Assembly: GCA_963665095.1 (NCBI GenBank)
Contig: OY762069.1
Coordinates: 3,136,001 to 3,200,000, forward strand
Length of the DNA: 64,000 nt
Reading direction: 5' to 3'
DNA from: an uncultured Desulfobacter sp.
GTDB lineage: Bacteria > Desulfobacterota > Desulfobacteria > Desulfobacterales > Desulfobacteraceae
Shown: positions 31,577 to 43,032 of the stretch, piece by piece
Layout: every line of letters starts with the position of its first letter
Numbering within the stretch: the stretch's first letter is position 1
Translations under genes and position numbers: made by a program
The notes under the pieces: model-generated
The model's input: only the letters and a program-made list of their open reading frames with translations
What the model was told of the DNA's origin: nothing
The model's database searches: none

Positions 31577-31783
31577 TTAACACTGGGTAAATTTTACGTT
31601 CATTTCTTTTGAAATCGTGTAGAGTCTGGCGATGTCTTTTCTAACACTGGACAAGTTTGCCGTATTCGCGAGCTGGCCGACATCATTTTGAAAACGAAGA
31701 TTGAACAGTTCTTTTTTCAGTTCAACCAGTTTTTCGTTTATCTGACTGGCGTCCATTTCTCTGATTTCACTGGCCTTTAACAT
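31577..31783 (-). CDS. rpmC: 50S ribosomal protein L29
   Basis: [17 protein letters not shown]. Confidence 0.97.
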   Translation of the reverse strand: MLKASEIREMDASQINEKLVELKKELFNLRFQNDVGQLANTANLSSVRKDIARLYTISKEMNVKFTQC

Positions 31784-31785
31784 TA

Positions 31786-32196
31786 TTACTTACTCCTTTC
31801 CACAAAACGGGTTTTTACGGAAAGTTTTCTGGCAGCAAGCCGTAATGCTTCCTTGGCAAGTTCTCTGTCAACGCCTTCCATTTCATAGAGAATCTTACCG
31901 GGTTTTACCCTTGCAACCCAGGCATCAGTCGCACCTTTGCCTTTACCCATCCTGACTTCAGCCGGCTTTTTGGTAATGGGGTGGTCTGGGAAGAACCGAA
32001 TCCAGCTTTTGCCCTGTCTTTTTGCCTTTCTGGTCATCGCGACCCTGGCTGCCTCAATCTGCCTTGCATTTACGTATCCGCATTCCACGGCCTGCAGTCC
32101 AAAATCTCCAAAACTCAAGGTATTCCCACGATTAGGAGTGCCTTTGGTTCTGCCACGGAACTGTTTACGGTATTTAATATTTCTAGGACTCAGCAT
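31786..32196 (-). CDS. rplP: 50S ribosomal protein L16
   Basis: [20 protein letters not shown]. Confidence 0.98.
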   Translation of the reverse strand: MLSPRNIKYRKQFRGRTKGTPNRGNTLSFGDFGLQAVECGYVNARQIEAARVAMTRKAKRQGKSWIRFFPDHPITKKPAEVRMGKGKGATDAWVARVKPGKILYEMEGVDRELAKEALRLAARKLSVKTRFVERSK

Positions 32197-32219
32197 CTGC
32201 TACTTTCTCCTTATTGCAT

Positions 32220-32873
32220 CTAATTGGTTGCCAGAGTCTGTTCACCAGGGCTTAAGACCTCACCCTTGAAAATAAACACCTTGATACCAATGGTACCATA
32301 GGTGGTTTTGGCTTCAATGAATCCGTAATCAACATCTGCCCGAAGTGTGTGCAGAGGGATCCGGCCTTCCTTGTACCATTCGGTCCTAGCCATTTCAGCG
32401 CCGCCTAGTCGACCAGAACAGATTATTTTAATACCTTTTGCTCCAAATCTCATGGCCGAGGAGACACTTCTTTTCATTGCTCTTCTAAAGGCAATCCGTT
32501 TTTCGAGCTGGCTGGCAATATTTTCTGCCACCAGTTGTGCGTCGGTTTCAGGTCTTCTGACCTCTTTGATATCAATCAGAACATCAGGTTGGAGCATCTT
32601 TTCAAGCTCTTGTTTCAGCAGCGCAATTTCAGCACCCTTTTTACCAATAATAATACCGGGTCTAGCAGCGAATACTCTGAGCCGGATCTGTTTTGAAAAT
32701 CGCTCAATTTCTATCTTGGAAATCCCAGCATGGTACAGCTTATTTTTCAAGAATTTTCTGACCTTGAAATCTTCTTCGACAAAGTTTGCATAATCTTTGT
32801 CAGCATACCACCTGGAATCCCATGTTCTGATGATGCCTAATCTTAGCCCGGTAGGATTTACTTTCTGGCCCAA
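32220..32873 (-). CDS. rpsC: 30S ribosomal protein S3
   Basis: [25 protein letters not shown]. Confidence 0.98.
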   Translation of the reverse strand: MGQKVNPTGLRLGIIRTWDSRWYADKDYANFVEEDFKVRKFLKNKLYHAGISKIEIERFSKQIRLRVFAARPGIIIGKKGAEIALLKQELEKMLQPDVLIDIKEVRRPETDAQLVAENIASQLEKRIAFRRAMKRSVSSAMRFGAKGIKIICSGRLGGAEMARTEWYKEGRIPLHTLRADVDYGFIEAKTTYGTIGIKVFIFKGEVLSPGEQTLATN

Positions 32874-32889
32874 GCCTTTTCCTCCTTGT

Positions 32890-33225
32890 TTAGACGATTT
32901 CTTCTACAATCACGGTTATATGACTGGTTCTTTTCAAAATACGGGCAGCTCTTCCCCTTGCCCGCGGCCTGAACCGTTTCATGGACGGACCATGATCAAC
33001 AATCACGTTTTTCACTACCAGTTTATCAACATCCATATCATTGTTGTGCTCGGCATTGGCGATGGCAGACTGCAGAGTCTTGTACATGATGCCTGCCGCT
33101 TTCAACGGCATGAACTTCAATAATGTCAACGCCTGCTCGGCGTTTTTGCCTTTGATTTCGCTGATGGGCAGCCGAAGCTTAAACGGAGAGATTCTTGTAT
33201 ATCTTGTAGTCGCTTTAACTTCCAT
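32890..33225 (-). CDS. rplV: 50S ribosomal protein L22
   Basis: [22 protein letters not shown]. Confidence 0.98.
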   Translation of the reverse strand: MEVKATTRYTRISPFKLRLPISEIKGKNAEQALTLLKFMPLKAAGIMYKTLQSAIANAEHNNDMDVDKLVVKNVIVDHGPSMKRFRPRARGRAARILKRTSHITVIVEEIV

Positions 33226-33253
33226 TTTAAAATTCCCTTTAAATCATGACAGA

Positions 33254-33529
33254 TTACCGTTTGGCTTTCTTATCTGCGGCATGACCCCAATATGTTCTTG
33301 TAGGTGAAAATTCACCAAGCTTATGCCCCACCATATTTTCCGTTACAAATACGGGAATAAATTTTTTCCCGTTGTGGACGGCAAACGTAACACCAACCAT
33401 TTCCGGCAAAACAGTGGATCGACGAGACCAGGTTTTAATAACTTTATTGCTGTTGGACTTCTGGGCATCCAGAGTTTTTTTCAAAAGCTCCGGCGCGATA
33501 TAGGGTCCTTTTTTTAATGATCTTGGCAT
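33254..33529 (-). CDS. rpsS: 30S ribosomal protein S19
   Basis: [25 protein letters not shown]. Confidence 0.98.
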   Translation of the reverse strand: MPRSLKKGPYIAPELLKKTLDAQKSNSNKVIKTWSRRSTVLPEMVGVTFAVHNGKKFIPVFVTENMVGHKLGEFSPTRTYWGHAADKKAKR

Positions 33530-33539
33530 AATTAATCAC

Positions 33540-34373
33540 CTATTTCCTTTTAGCCCTTCTTTTTACAATATACTGATCCGTCCTGGCATTATTCCGGGTT
33601 CTCTTACCCTTGGCAGGCACACCCCAGGGAGAACAGGGTTGACGGCCACCGGAAGACCGGCCTTCGCCACCACCCATGGGATGATCAACAGGATTCATTG
33701 CCACACCGCGAACAGAGGGTCTTTTACCCATCCACCGGCTGCGCCCTGCCTTACCGATAGACACATCGCTGTGTTTCTCATTGCCCACACGGCCAACCGT
33801 TGCTTTGCACTTCAGATGAATCATGCGTACTTCGCCGGAAGGAAGCAACACCTGGGCATATGTACCCTCTTTTGCCATTAAACGAGCGTATCCGCCGGCG
33901 CTTCTGACGATCTGACCGCCCTTATTCTGCTTGAGTTCAATATTATGAATTCTGGTACCTGTCGGGATGTTTTCCAACGGAAGACAATTGCCTGGTTTAA
34001 TATCGGCCTGAGGACCGGTTTCAAGGATGTCTCCGATTTTAACATCCAGGGGAGCCAGGATATATCTTTTTTCACCATCAGCATAAGTTAAAAGTGCTAT
34101 CCGAGCTGATCTGTTAGGATCATATTCAATGGCACTAACTTTAGCTGGGATACCATCTTTATCACGTTTGAAATCAATAATGCGGTATTTTTTCTTTGCG
34201 CCACCACCTCTGTGTTTAGCTGTAATTCTACCGTAAGAGTTCCGGCCGGACCGTTTGTTCAGATTTTTGGTCAGGTTACGTTCAGGTTGAGTTTTTGTAA
34301 TTTCTTCAAAAGAAAGGTACTCCTGAGCGCGTCTTCCCGGAGATGTCGGCTTGGTCTTAACTATTGTTGACAT
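33540..34373 (-). CDS. rplB: 50S ribosomal protein L2
   Basis: [25 protein letters not shown]. Confidence 0.98.
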   Translation of the reverse strand: MSTIVKTKPTSPGRRAQEYLSFEEITKTQPERNLTKNLNKRSGRNSYGRITAKHRGGGAKKKYRIIDFKRDKDGIPAKVSAIEYDPNRSARIALLTYADGEKRYILAPLDVKIGDILETGPQADIKPGNCLPLENIPTGTRIHNIELKQNKGGQIVRSAGGYARLMAKEGTYAQVLLPSGEVRMIHLKCKATVGRVGNEKHSDVSIGKAGRSRWMGKRPSVRGVAMNPVDHPMGGGEGRSSGGRQPCSPWGVPAKGKRTRNNARTDQYIVKRRAKRK

Positions 34374-34385
34374 ATTAATACCTCT

Positions 34386-34673
34386 TTACACACCTTCAAA
34401 AAAATCAATTCGTTGTCCGGGCATCAGAGTGACAATGGCCTTCTTCCAGTCGCTTTTCTTCCCGATAATCCTGCCGCGCTGTTTGACCTTACCTTTAACC
34501 TGTACGGTTCTAACCTGCTTGACCCGTGCATTGAACGCCTTTTCAACAGCATTTTTTATTTCTACCCGGTTGGCCTGCTTTGCAACTTTGAATGTTATTT
34601 GATTACAAAGCTCTTTTTGAAGGGTCGTTTTTTCAGTGACCACAGGTCCTCTGAGGATGTCATATTCTTTCAT
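34386..34673 (-). CDS. rplW: 50S ribosomal protein L23
   Basis: [14 protein letters not shown]. Confidence 0.98.
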   Translation of the reverse strand: MKEYDILRGPVVTEKTTLQKELCNQITFKVAKQANRVEIKNAVEKAFNARVKQVRTVQVKGKVKQRGRIIGKKSDWKKAIVTLMPGQRIDFFEGV

Positions 34674-34674
34674 A

Positions 34675-35295
34675 TTAGCTCAGCCTCCCCTTGATGTTTT
34701 CAATGCTTGATTCAACTATAAGAAGGTTTTTAAACTTTAGAATATCGTAGACATTGAGGCCTTGGGTTTTGATTACTTTAACATCCGGAATATTTCTGGA
34801 GGACAAAGCAAGTTTTGTATCATCAGCATCTGAAACGATCAGAAGATCATTGAGTTTCAGGACAGAAAGAATTTCTGTCAGTGCCTTGGTCTTAATTTCT
34901 TCAAGCTCAAGCGTATCAATCACGAAAATTTGGCTTTCCAAAGCTTTGGCGCTAAGGGCCATTTTAAGTGCCAGCTTTCTTACCTTTTTTGGCACTTTGA
35001 TGTCATAGGATCTAGGGTTAGGACCAAAAATAACCCCGCCGCCTTTTCTCAGCGGAGACTTGATACTACCGGCTCTGGCGTTGCCGGTTCCTTTCTGCCT
35101 GAATAATTTTTTCGTAGAACCTGCAACCATACCTCTGGTCTTAGACGCAGCAGTCCCCTCCCGTTTTGCAACGAGCTGGGACCGAACGACTTCGTGAAGA
35201 ACACTTGTTTTGACCGGTATGCTGAAAATTTCGTCAGGCAGATCTGTCTCAGACACTCTTACGCCTGCACTGTTTAATACATCTACAGCAGCCAT
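34675..35295 (-). CDS. rplD: 50S ribosomal protein L4
   Basis: [19 protein letters not shown]. Confidence 0.98.
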   Translation of the reverse strand: MAAVDVLNSAGVRVSETDLPDEIFSIPVKTSVLHEVVRSQLVAKREGTAASKTRGMVAGSTKKLFRQKGTGNARAGSIKSPLRKGGGVIFGPNPRSYDIKVPKKVRKLALKMALSAKALESQIFVIDTLELEEIKTKALTEILSVLKLNDLLIVSDADDTKLALSSRNIPDVKVIKTQGLNVYDILKFKNLLIVESSIENIKGRLS

Positions 35296-35419
35296 TATTC
35301 TTCCTCTTCAATTTTGATCGACTATGCATCACTGCGAAGTATTTGCAATACCCATAGCCGCGTTTTGTCTTCTACAACTCTGACGTAGTACACCTAAAGG
35401 TGCCTAAAAAACGTAATCC

Positions 35420-36052
35420 TTACGATTTTACATCAGTTTTACGCACTTCAATAACCCCTGTTTTAAAGCCTGGTACAGCACCTTTTACAAGAAGAAGGTT
35501 ATCGTCATGTTTGATATCGACAATTGTCAGATTTTTAACCGTAACTTTATCCACACCTTTATGACCGGGCAGTCTTTTACCCTTTATGACTTTTGCCGGC
35601 CATGCAGAGTTACCTATGGAACCTGGTTTTCTGTGGTTTCTGTTACCATGGGTTTCAGGTCCGCGAGAAAATCCATGCCGTTTAATGGTACCTTGAAAGC
35701 CCCGGCCTTTGGAAATTCCTGTTACAGAGACCTTGTCTCCGATTGAGAACATATTGATATCAATTGTCGCGCCTGCTTCAATGTCTTCAATTTTGTCCTG
35801 TCGGAATTCTTTTAAAACTCTGAAACCTTTGTCCGATGTTTTTTTCAGATGTCCTGCAATGGGCTTATTCAACCGCTCGACCGGTTTTTCATCAAACCCA
35901 AGCTGCAAAGCTGTGTACCCGTCTGAAATTTGTGTTTTTATCTGAGTTACAACACAAGGGCCAACCTGCAGCACGGTAACAGGAACGAGCTGTCCATCGG
36001 AGGTAAACACATTGGTCATCCCGATTTTTTTTCCAAGCAATCCACTCATCAT
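35420..36052 (-). CDS. rplC: 50S ribosomal protein L3
   Basis: GKKIGMT, KGRGFQG, KGAVPG. Confidence 0.98.
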   Translation of the reverse strand: MMSGLLGKKIGMTNVFTSDGQLVPVTVLQVGPCVVTQIKTQISDGYTALQLGFDEKPVERLNKPIAGHLKKTSDKGFRVLKEFRQDKIEDIEAGATIDINMFSIGDKVSVTGISKGRGFQGTIKRHGFSRGPETHGNRNHRKPGSIGNSAWPAKVIKGKRLPGHKGVDKVTVKNLTIVDIKHDDNLLLVKGAVPGFKTGVIEVRKTDVKS

Positions 36053-36076
36053 AGCATTAAAGTCCCTGTTATTGCG

Positions 36077-36385
36077 CTATAGCTTAATTTCGACATCCAC
36101 ACCAGGGGACAGGTCAAGCTTCATCAACGCATCCACTGTTTGCTGTGTAGGCTCAAGGATATCCATCATTCTTTTGTGCGTTCTGATTTCAAACTGCTCA
36201 CGAGATTTTTTATTCACATGAGGGGAACGCAGCACAGTAAATTTATTGATTCTTGTCGGAAGAGGAACCGGCCCCACAATTCTGGCGCCGGTTTTCCTTG
36301 CCGTATCAACAATATCTACTGAAGACTGATCAAGCAGCTTATGATCATAAGCTTTGAGCCTAATTCTTATTTTAGTCTTCAACAT
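36077..36385 (-). CDS. rpsJ: 30S ribosomal protein S10
   Basis: [24 protein letters not shown]. Confidence 0.98.
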   Translation of the reverse strand: MLKTKIRIRLKAYDHKLLDQSSVDIVDTARKTGARIVGPVPLPTRINKFTVLRSPHVNKKSREQFEIRTHKRMMDILEPTQQTVDALMKLDLSPGVDVEIKL

Positions 36386-36400
36386 TATAATTGTTCTTTC

Positions 36401-37594
36401 TTATTCTACAATTTCACCAACAACACCAGCGCCAACAGTACGGCCGCCTTCACGGATAGCAAAACGCAGCTCTTTTTCCATGGCGATGGGGTTAATCAGC
36501 TCAACGTTAATAGTTGCGTTATCACCAGGCATGATCATTTCAACGCCCTCATCCAATGTCAGAACACCTGTAATGTCAGTGGTTCTGAAAAAGAACTGGG
36601 GTCTGTAGCCAGTGAAGAAAGGAGTATGACGTCCGCCCTCTTCCTTGCTCAATGCATACATTTCAGCTTTGAACTTGGTATGAGGTGTAATGGTACCCGG
36701 CTTGCAAACAACCTGGCCGCGCTCAACCTGATCACGTTTGGTTCCTCTCAAAAGCAGGCCAACGTTATCACCAGCCTGACCCTCGTCCAGAAGTTTTCTA
36801 AACATCTCAACGCCGGTACAAACGGTTTTAGCAGTATCTCTGATCCCAACAATTTCGATTTCATCGCCGGTTTTAACAATACCACGCTCAATACGACCTG
36901 TTACAACAGTTCCTCGACCTGAAATAGAGAACACGTCTTCAATTGGCATCAGGAAGGGTTTGGCGGTATCTCTTTCGGGCTCCGGAACATACGAATCAAG
37001 AACATTAAGAAGCTCAAAAACTGGTTTGGCTTCTTCGGCATCGACATCGTCGCATTCAAGTGCTTTAAGGGCCGAACCACGGATGATGGGTGTTTCGTCA
37101 CCAGGGAATTCATAAGTATCTAGCAGTTCCTGTAGTTCCATTTCAACCAGCTCAATAAGCTCTTCATCATCAACCATGTCGCATTTGTTCAAAAACACAA
37201 CAATTTTGGGAACGCCGACCTGACGGGCAAGCAGAATGTGCTCACGAGTCTGAGGCATGGGACCGTCATCAGCAGACACAACAAGAATCGCGCCGTCCAT
37301 CTGAGCAGCACCGGTGATCATGTTTTTGATATAGTCAGCATGGCCCGGACAGTCAACATGTGCGTAGTGGCGCGCATCGGTTTCATATTCGACATGGGCA
37401 GTCGCGATGGTAATACCACGTTCTCTTTCTTCAGGCGCCTTGTCGATTTCATCAAAGGGAACATAGGTCCCCTGGCCCTTCAATCCGGCAAGCTTGGTGA
37501 TTGCCGCGGTCAGAGTAGTTTTCCCATGATCGATATGACCGATAGTACCAATGTTTACATGCGGTTTGGTCCGCTCAAATTTCTCCTTAGCCAT
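36401..37594 (-). CDS. tuf: Elongation factor Tu
   Basis: [32 protein letters not shown]. Confidence 0.99.
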   Translation of the reverse strand: MAKEKFERTKPHVNIGTIGHIDHGKTTLTAAITKLAGLKGQGTYVPFDEIDKAPEERERGITIATAHVEYETDARHYAHVDCPGHADYIKNMITGAAQMDGAILVVSADDGPMPQTREHILLARQVGVPKIVVFLNKCDMVDDEELIELVEMELQELLDTYEFPGDETPIIRGSALKALECDDVDAEEAKPVFELLNVLDSYVPEPERDTAKPFLMPIEDVFSISGRGTVVTGRIERGIVKTGDEIEIVGIRDTAKTVCTGVEMFRKLLDEGQAGDNVGLLLRGTKRDQVERGQVVCKPGTITPHTKFKAEMYALSKEEGGRHTPFFTGYRPQFFFRTTDITGVLTLDEGVEMIMPGDNATINVELINPIAMEKELRFAIREGGRTVGAGVVGEIVE

Positions 37595-37641
37595 CTTCTC
37601 TATTCCTCCTGTGGAATGTTTTCAAAGATATTTTTTAAATA

Positions 37642-38109
37642 TTACCACCTAAAATGAGCGAATGCTTTATTTGCTTCAGCCATTTTATGCGTATCTTCTT
37701 TCTTTTTGATTGCACCACCACGCTCGTTATAAGCATCCATCACCTCAGCAGCAAGCTTATTCGCAAAACCCTTTTCAGAACGGTTTCTGCTGAAGTTGAT
37801 AAGCCACCTGAAAGCCAAAGCCATCTGACGGCCGGGTTTAATATCTGTGGGCACCTGATAGGTTGACCCGCCAATCCTTCTAGACTTCACTTCAACAGAA
37901 GGCTTAATATTATCAATTGCCTTTTTAAACACATTCAATGCAGGCTCGCCAACTTTGTCTTCAGCGATCATCAATGCATTGGCCACTACTTTCCGGGCAG
38001 CATTTTTCTTGCCGTCTTTCATAACACAGTTGATAAACTTTGCTGCAAGTTTTTCTTCCTGTGTGGCATCCTTAATAAAACCTTCTTTAAACACTATTTT
38101 TTCTGCCAT
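37642..38109 (-). CDS. rpsG: 30S ribosomal protein S7 (divergent N-terminus)
   Basis: EVKSRRIGGSTYQVP, HKMAEANKAFAHFRW. Confidence 0.97.
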   Translation of the reverse strand: MAEKIVFKEGFIKDATQEEKLAAKFINCVMKDGKKNAARKVVANALMIAEDKVGEPALNVFKKAIDNIKPSVEVKSRRIGGSTYQVPTDIKPGRQMALAFRWLINFSRNRSEKGFANKLAAEVMDAYNERGGAIKKKEDTHKMAEANKAFAHFRW

Positions 38110-38162
38110 CTCAAAAGTCCACCAAATTTATATTCCATTAAAATGAATACATATTCCTATGA

Positions 38163-38534
38163 TCACTTGGGACGCTTGGCTCCGTATTTCGAACGCCCCT
38201 GACGCCGATCATCCACACCCAGGGTATCCAGCGCACCCCTGACGATGTGATACCGCACACCTGGAAGGTCCTTTACCCTGCCACCCCTGACCAGAACAAC
38301 GGAGTGCTCCTGAAGATTATGCCCCATACCCGGGATATAGGCAGCGACTTCCATTCCGGTGGTCAAACGTACCCTAGCAACTTTACGCAGGGCTGAGTTC
38401 GGTTTTTTAGGAGTAGAAGTATAGACCCTGGTGCAAACACCTCGTTTTTGCGGACCACCCTTTAAAGCAGGTGTATTTACCTTCTTTTCAGATTTTTTTC
38501 TACCTTTTCTCACCAATTGATTAATGGTCGGCAT
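38163..38534 (-). CDS. rpsL: 30S ribosomal protein S12
   Basis: [25 protein letters not shown]; start ATG at 38534. Confidence 0.98.
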   Translation of the reverse strand: MPTINQLVRKGRKKSEKKVNTPALKGGPQKRGVCTRVYTSTPKKPNSALRKVARVRLTTGMEVAAYIPGMGHNLQEHSVVLVRGGRVKDLPGVRYHIVRGALDTLGVDDRRQGRSKYGAKRPK

Positions 38535-38593
38535 ATCTCTCCACACGCTCCTTCATCAAACGTAATAAGTCGTCATACACGACAAAATATTCA

Positions 38594-38622
38594 ATCCTAC
38601 GTTTACTTTTTTAAAATGTCAA
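38594..38622 (-). promoter_or_regulatory. sigma70 promoter of the str/S10 operon
   Basis: TTGACA-N17-TAGGAT on the minus strand upstream of rpsL. Confidence 0.7.
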
Positions 38623-38639
38623 TAATTATTTAATTTTTC

Positions 38640-41600
38640 TTAGACTTCAGCCACCTGACCATACCCAACTTCAATATTCCGATATCCTGGAAAACCTGTA
38701 CCTGCAGGAATTAGGCGGCCCATTACAACGTTTTCTTTTAACCCCTTAAGGCTGTCATATTTCCCTTCAATTGCTGCGAGTGTTAAAACTTTAGTCGTCT
38801 CCTGGAAGGATGCTGCTGACAGAAAACTATCTGTAGATAAAGAGGCTTTGGTAATACCCAGAATGAGAGGCTCGCCTTTAGCAGGTTCACCACCCTCCAT
38901 AGCCACCTTTCGATTGGTTTCCTCAAACAAAATCCGGTCAACCTGTTCATCCGGAATGAAATTCGTATCTCCAGTGGAAACGACCTTTACCCTCCGCATC
39001 ATCTGTCGGATAACCACTTCGATGTGCTTGTCGTTGATGCGCACACCTTGAAGCCTGTATACTTCCTGCACCTCATCAACGAGGTATTTGGCCAGGGCAA
39101 CCTCACCTTTTATATTCATGATATCCTGGGGATTTGCAGACCCTGCAATCAAAGGATCGCCTGCCTTCACATAGTCTCCGTCATATACAGATACATGCTG
39201 TCCTTTAGGGATAGAATATTCTTTTGCCTCTCCGACATCAGAGGGTTTTATAATCACTTTCTGCCGCCCCTTAGTTCCTTTGGCGACAGAGACATAGCCG
39301 TCAATTTCCGTCAGTACTGCCGGATCTTTAGGCTTTCTCACCTCAAAAAGCTCAGCAACTCTTGGCAAACCGCCTGTGATATCCTTAGTTTTTGTGGTTG
39401 CCCTGGGCAACTTCGCGATAACATCGCCCGCCATTATTGCATCATCCTCATCCACCGTGAGAATCGCGTTTACCGGGAGATAATACCTGGCAGGAGTTTT
39501 TGAATTGGGCAGCTTTACGGCCTTTCCCTCTTTATCCTTAACCGTGATTCTTGGCCGAACCTCAATGTCCTTACTTTCAGTAATGGTTCGTGACACCTTG
39601 CCGGTAACCGGGTCTATCTGTTCCTGCACTGTATTGCCCACAAGAATATCTGCAAATCGGACCCGTCCAGATACTTCCGTTATAATTGGCGTGGTAAACG
39701 GATCCCATGAAGCAATAATATCTCCCGGCTCTATGGCCTGCCCGTCTTTCACATGCAAGGTTGCACCATAAATTACATTTTCTTTGGCACGCTCTCTGCC
39801 CTCTTCACCCACAATTGTGATACCACCACCTTTCCGGTTCATCACTATAACATCGCCTTGGGCAGAGGTGACCATCTGGATATCTTCATTAAATTTTAAA
39901 ATTCCACCTACTCGCGCCTTAATCTCTGCCACCTCAACTTTTCGGGAGGCTGTTCCGCCAATATGAAAGGTACGCATAGTCAACTGGGTTCCTGGCTCGC
40001 CAATAGACTGGGCTGCAACTATACCTATGGCTTGGCCAATCTCGACAGTAGCGCCATGGGCAAGGTCACGACCATAGCATCTTGAACAAACACCATGCTT
40101 TGAATTGCAGGTCAAAACCGATCTAATTTTAACCTTTTGAACGCCGGCCGCCTCGATTTTGGCGACATGCGTTTCATTAAGTTCCGTATCCGATGCTACA
40201 ATAAATTCATCTGAATAGGGATCCCGAATATCTTCCTGGGTTACCCTGCCAAGAATACGCTCTCCAAGGGTCTGGATGATCTCGCCACCTTCATACAGGG
40301 CTTCAACTTCAATGCCATTAATAGTCCCGCAATCCTTCTCAACAATAGTGCAATCCTGACCAACATCGGCGAGACGACGTGTTAAATACCCGGAATTTGC
40401 CGTTTTAAGGGCAGTATCTGCCAGGCCTTTACGAGCACCGTGAGTGGATATAAAATACTGAAGCACAGAAAGCCCCTCACGAAAGCATGCTGTGATCGGA
40501 TTTTCAATAATTTCCCCGGATGGCTTGGCCATAAGCCCACGCATACCAGCCAGCTGACGCATCTGATCTTTAGAACCACGGGCTCCCGAGTCAGCCATAA
40601 CATATACCGCATTAAGCACTTCCCTGGCGTCTGCACCATCTTTTCTGGGCGGATTTTTCATCACCTCCATCATGGCGTTGGCGATGTCATCCGTAGCCTG
40701 AGCCCAAATATCGACTACCTTGTTATATTTTTCTCCCTGGGTAATTAACCCTTCAGAATATTGATTTTTTATATCTTCAATATTTTTTTCGGCTTTGGCA
40801 ACAAGATCCCATTTGCTCTCTGGAATAATCATATCGTCTATACAGATTGACAGGCCGCCAAGGGTTGAATTTTTATACCCGATATCTTTTAGCCGATCTG
40901 ACAGGATTACGGTCTCTTTAAGGCCGATGTTCCTGTATGCATAGTCAATCAGTTTAACTATGGACCCTTTGTCCATCAGTTTGTTTACCAGGGAAAACGG
41001 TAGCGTAGAGTTCCTTTCGTCCACTTTAAAAATGGTATACTTTTCTCCCACCATCCGTATATCTGTGAACTGATCTTTTTTAAGGCCATACAGCTGTTCA
41101 ACAACCACATCAGAGACCTGAAAAATATTTTTAAATTCTTTCCTTGTCAAAACGCCGGTTTTACCACGGGTTTTCTTTATTTCCTCATCGCCATATTTTT
41201 CAAGAGCAGCATCAAAGTCTCCCCCGGCCTCCAACTCTTCAAGTGCCGCCTCTGCATCTTCATAGCTCTCGGTACGGATACGGCTCATGTCAAGAAGCAC
41301 ATCCCCAGGTATAGTCTCCCAAAGAAGAATCCGACCACAGGTGGTATCATAAATGACATCATCGATACGAACCTTAATTTTTGCATGAATATCCAGTGCC
41401 CCGTTATCAAAGGCATAACGGACCTCTTCAATGCTGGAAAAGGTTATCCCCTCTCCTTCCATACCTGATACCGCCCGAGTCATATAATAAATACCTAAAA
41501 CAATATCCTGGGTAGGCACGATAATAGGCTGACCATTGGCAGGAGAAAGAATATTATTTGTTGACAGCATCATAACCCGCGCTTCAAGCTGTGATTCCAG

Positions 41601-43022
41601 GGAAAGCGGCACATGGACCGCCATCTGGTCACCGTCAAAGTCAGCATTAAATGCAGGGCATACCAGTGGATGCAATTGGATGGCCTTGCCTTCAATCAGC
41701 ACTGGTTCGAACGCCTGAAATCCAAGCCGGTGAAGTGTCGGAGCCCTGTTAAGCATCACCGGATACTCCTTGACCACAGCCTCAAGTGCATCCCAAACCT
41801 CGGTCTCTTCGCGCTCAACCATTTTTTTGGCACTCTTTACTGTTGAAACAAGACCTTTTTGTTCAAGATAATTATAGATAAAGGGTTTAAACAGTTCCAG
41901 CGCCATTTTCTTGGGAATGCCGCACTGATGAAGCCGCAGTTCAGAGCCAACGGTAATAACGGTACGCCCGGAATAATCCACACGTTTTCCAAGAAGATTC
42001 TGACGGAAGCGCCCCTGCTTGCCCTTCAGCGTGTCAGACAACGATTTTAAGGGACGTTTGTTCGTACCTGTCACAACACGGCCATGACGCCCATTGTCAA
42101 AAAGTACATCCACAGCTTCCTGCAACATCCGCTTTTCATTTCTGACAATAATATCAGGTGCATTAAGATCAACCAGTCGCTTAAGGCGGTTGTTGCGATT
42201 AAGTACTCGGCGATACAGATCGTTCAAATCGGAGGTGGCAAATCGCCCCCCCTCAAGAGGAACTAAAGGTCGCAAATCCGGCGGCAAAATTGGGCAAGCA
42301 GTTAAAATCATTCTGGAAGGTTCAATACCTGATGTCAGAAACGCGTCTATCACCTTCATACGTTTGGCCATTTTCTGCTGTTTAGCCTGCGATTTGGTCA
42401 GGCTGATCTCTTCTTTAAGCTCATCATGGACCGCCTGAAGATCTATTTCCTCTAACAGTATCAAAATGGCTTCCGCACCGATTCCGGCGACAAAACTTTC
42501 TTCACCAAATGCTTCGATGGCTTCATAATATTGATCATCTGACAGCAGTTGCATTTTTTTTAACCCCGTATCCTTAGGGTCGATCACAATATATGAATCA
42601 AAATACAACACCTTTTCAAGATTTTTTAAGGTCAGATCAAGCACATTGCCGATCTTAGAAGGCAGGCTTTTAAGAAACCAAATATGAGAAACTGGAGAGG
42701 CCAGTTCAATGTGGGCCATACGCTCACGCCGAACCTTGGACTGAATCACCTCAACACCACATTTTTCGCAAACCACACCCCGGTGCTTCATGCGTTTGTA
42801 TTTACCGCAGTTGCACTCATAATCCTTGGTCGGCCCAAAAACCTTAGCGCAGAATAGACCATCACGTTCCGGCTTAAACGTTCGATAATTTATAGTCTCA
42901 GGTTTTTTTATCTCTCCGTAGGACCATTCTCTTATCTGATCTGAAGATGCCAGGCTGATCTGAACGCCCTGGTAATTTTGGGGGTCTTTGGGTTTTGCGA
43001 AGAAATCATAAATATTGTCCAA
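38640..43022 (-). CDS. rpoC: RNA polymerase subunit beta' (with parvulin-like insertion)
   Basis: KPETINYRT, zinc finger, [22 protein letters not shown] start after AGGAG. Confidence 0.99.
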   Translation of the reverse strand: MDNIYDFFAKPKDPQNYQGVQISLASSDQIREWSYGEIKKPETINYRTFKPERDGLFCAKVFGPTKDYECNCGKYKRMKHRGVVCEKCGVEVIQSKVRRERMAHIELASPVSHIWFLKSLPSKIGNVLDLTLKNLEKVLYFDSYIVIDPKDTGLKKMQLLSDDQYYEAIEAFGEESFVAGIGAEAILILLEEIDLQAVHDELKEEISLTKSQAKQQKMAKRMKVIDAFLTSGIEPSRMILTACPILPPDLRPLVPLEGGRFATSDLNDLYRRVLNRNNRLKRLVDLNAPDIIVRNEKRMLQEAVDVLFDNGRHGRVVTGTNKRPLKSLSDTLKGKQGRFRQNLLGKRVDYSGRTVITVGSELRLHQCGIPKKMALELFKPFIYNYLEQKGLVSTVKSAKKMVEREETEVWDALEAVVKEYPVMLNRAPTLHRLGFQAFEPVLIEGKAIQLHPLVCPAFNADFDGDQMAVHVPLSLESQLEARVMMLSTNNILSPANGQPIIVPTQDIVLGIYYMTRAVSGMEGEGITFSSIEEVRYAFDNGALDIHAKIKVRIDDVIYDTTCGRILLWETIPGDVLLDMSRIRTESYEDAEAALEELEAGGDFDAALEKYGDEEIKKTRGKTGVLTRKEFKNIFQVSDVVVEQLYGLKKDQFTDIRMVGEKYTIFKVDERNSTLPFSLVNKLMDKGSIVKLIDYAYRNIGLKETVILSDRLKDIGYKNSTLGGLSICIDDMIIPESKWDLVAKAEKNIEDIKNQYSEGLITQGEKYNKVVDIWAQATDDIANAMMEVMKNPPRKDGADAREVLNAVYVMADSGARGSKDQMRQLAGMRGLMAKPSGEIIENPITACFREGLSVLQYFISTHGARKGLADTALKTANSGYLTRRLADVGQDCTIVEKDCGTINGIEVEALYEGGEIIQTLGERILGRVTQEDIRDPYSDEFIVASDTELNETHVAKIEAAGVQKVKIRSVLTCNSKHGVCSRCYGRDLAHGATVEIGQAIGIVAAQSIGEPGTQLTMRTFHIGGTASRKVEVAEIKARVGGILKFNEDIQMVTSAQGDVIVMNRKGGGITIVGEEGRERAKENVIYGATLHVKDGQAIEPGDIIASWDPFTTPIITEVSGRVRFADILVGNTVQEQIDPVTGKVSRTITESKDIEVRPRITVKDKEGKAVKLPNSKTPARYYLPVNAILTVDEDDAIMAGDVIAKLPRATTKTKDITGGLPRVAELFEVRKPKDPAVLTEIDGYVSVAKGTKGRQKVIIKPSDVGEAKEYSIPKGQHVSVYDGDYVKAGDPLIAGSANPQDIMNIKGEVALAKYLVDEVQEVYRLQGVRINDKHIEVVIRQMMRRVKVVSTGDTNFIPDEQVDRILFEETNRKVAMEGGEPAKGEPLILGITKASLSTDSFLSAASFQETTKVLTLAAIEGKYDSLKGLKENVVMGRLIPAGTGFPGYRNIEVGYGQVAEV

Positions 43023-43032
43023 TGTCTTCTCC

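Noticed and set aside
41004..41306. Intein explanation for the RpoC insertion
   Set aside because: No C/S first residue with a terminal His-Asn followed by C/S/T, and no Hint motifs recognised.
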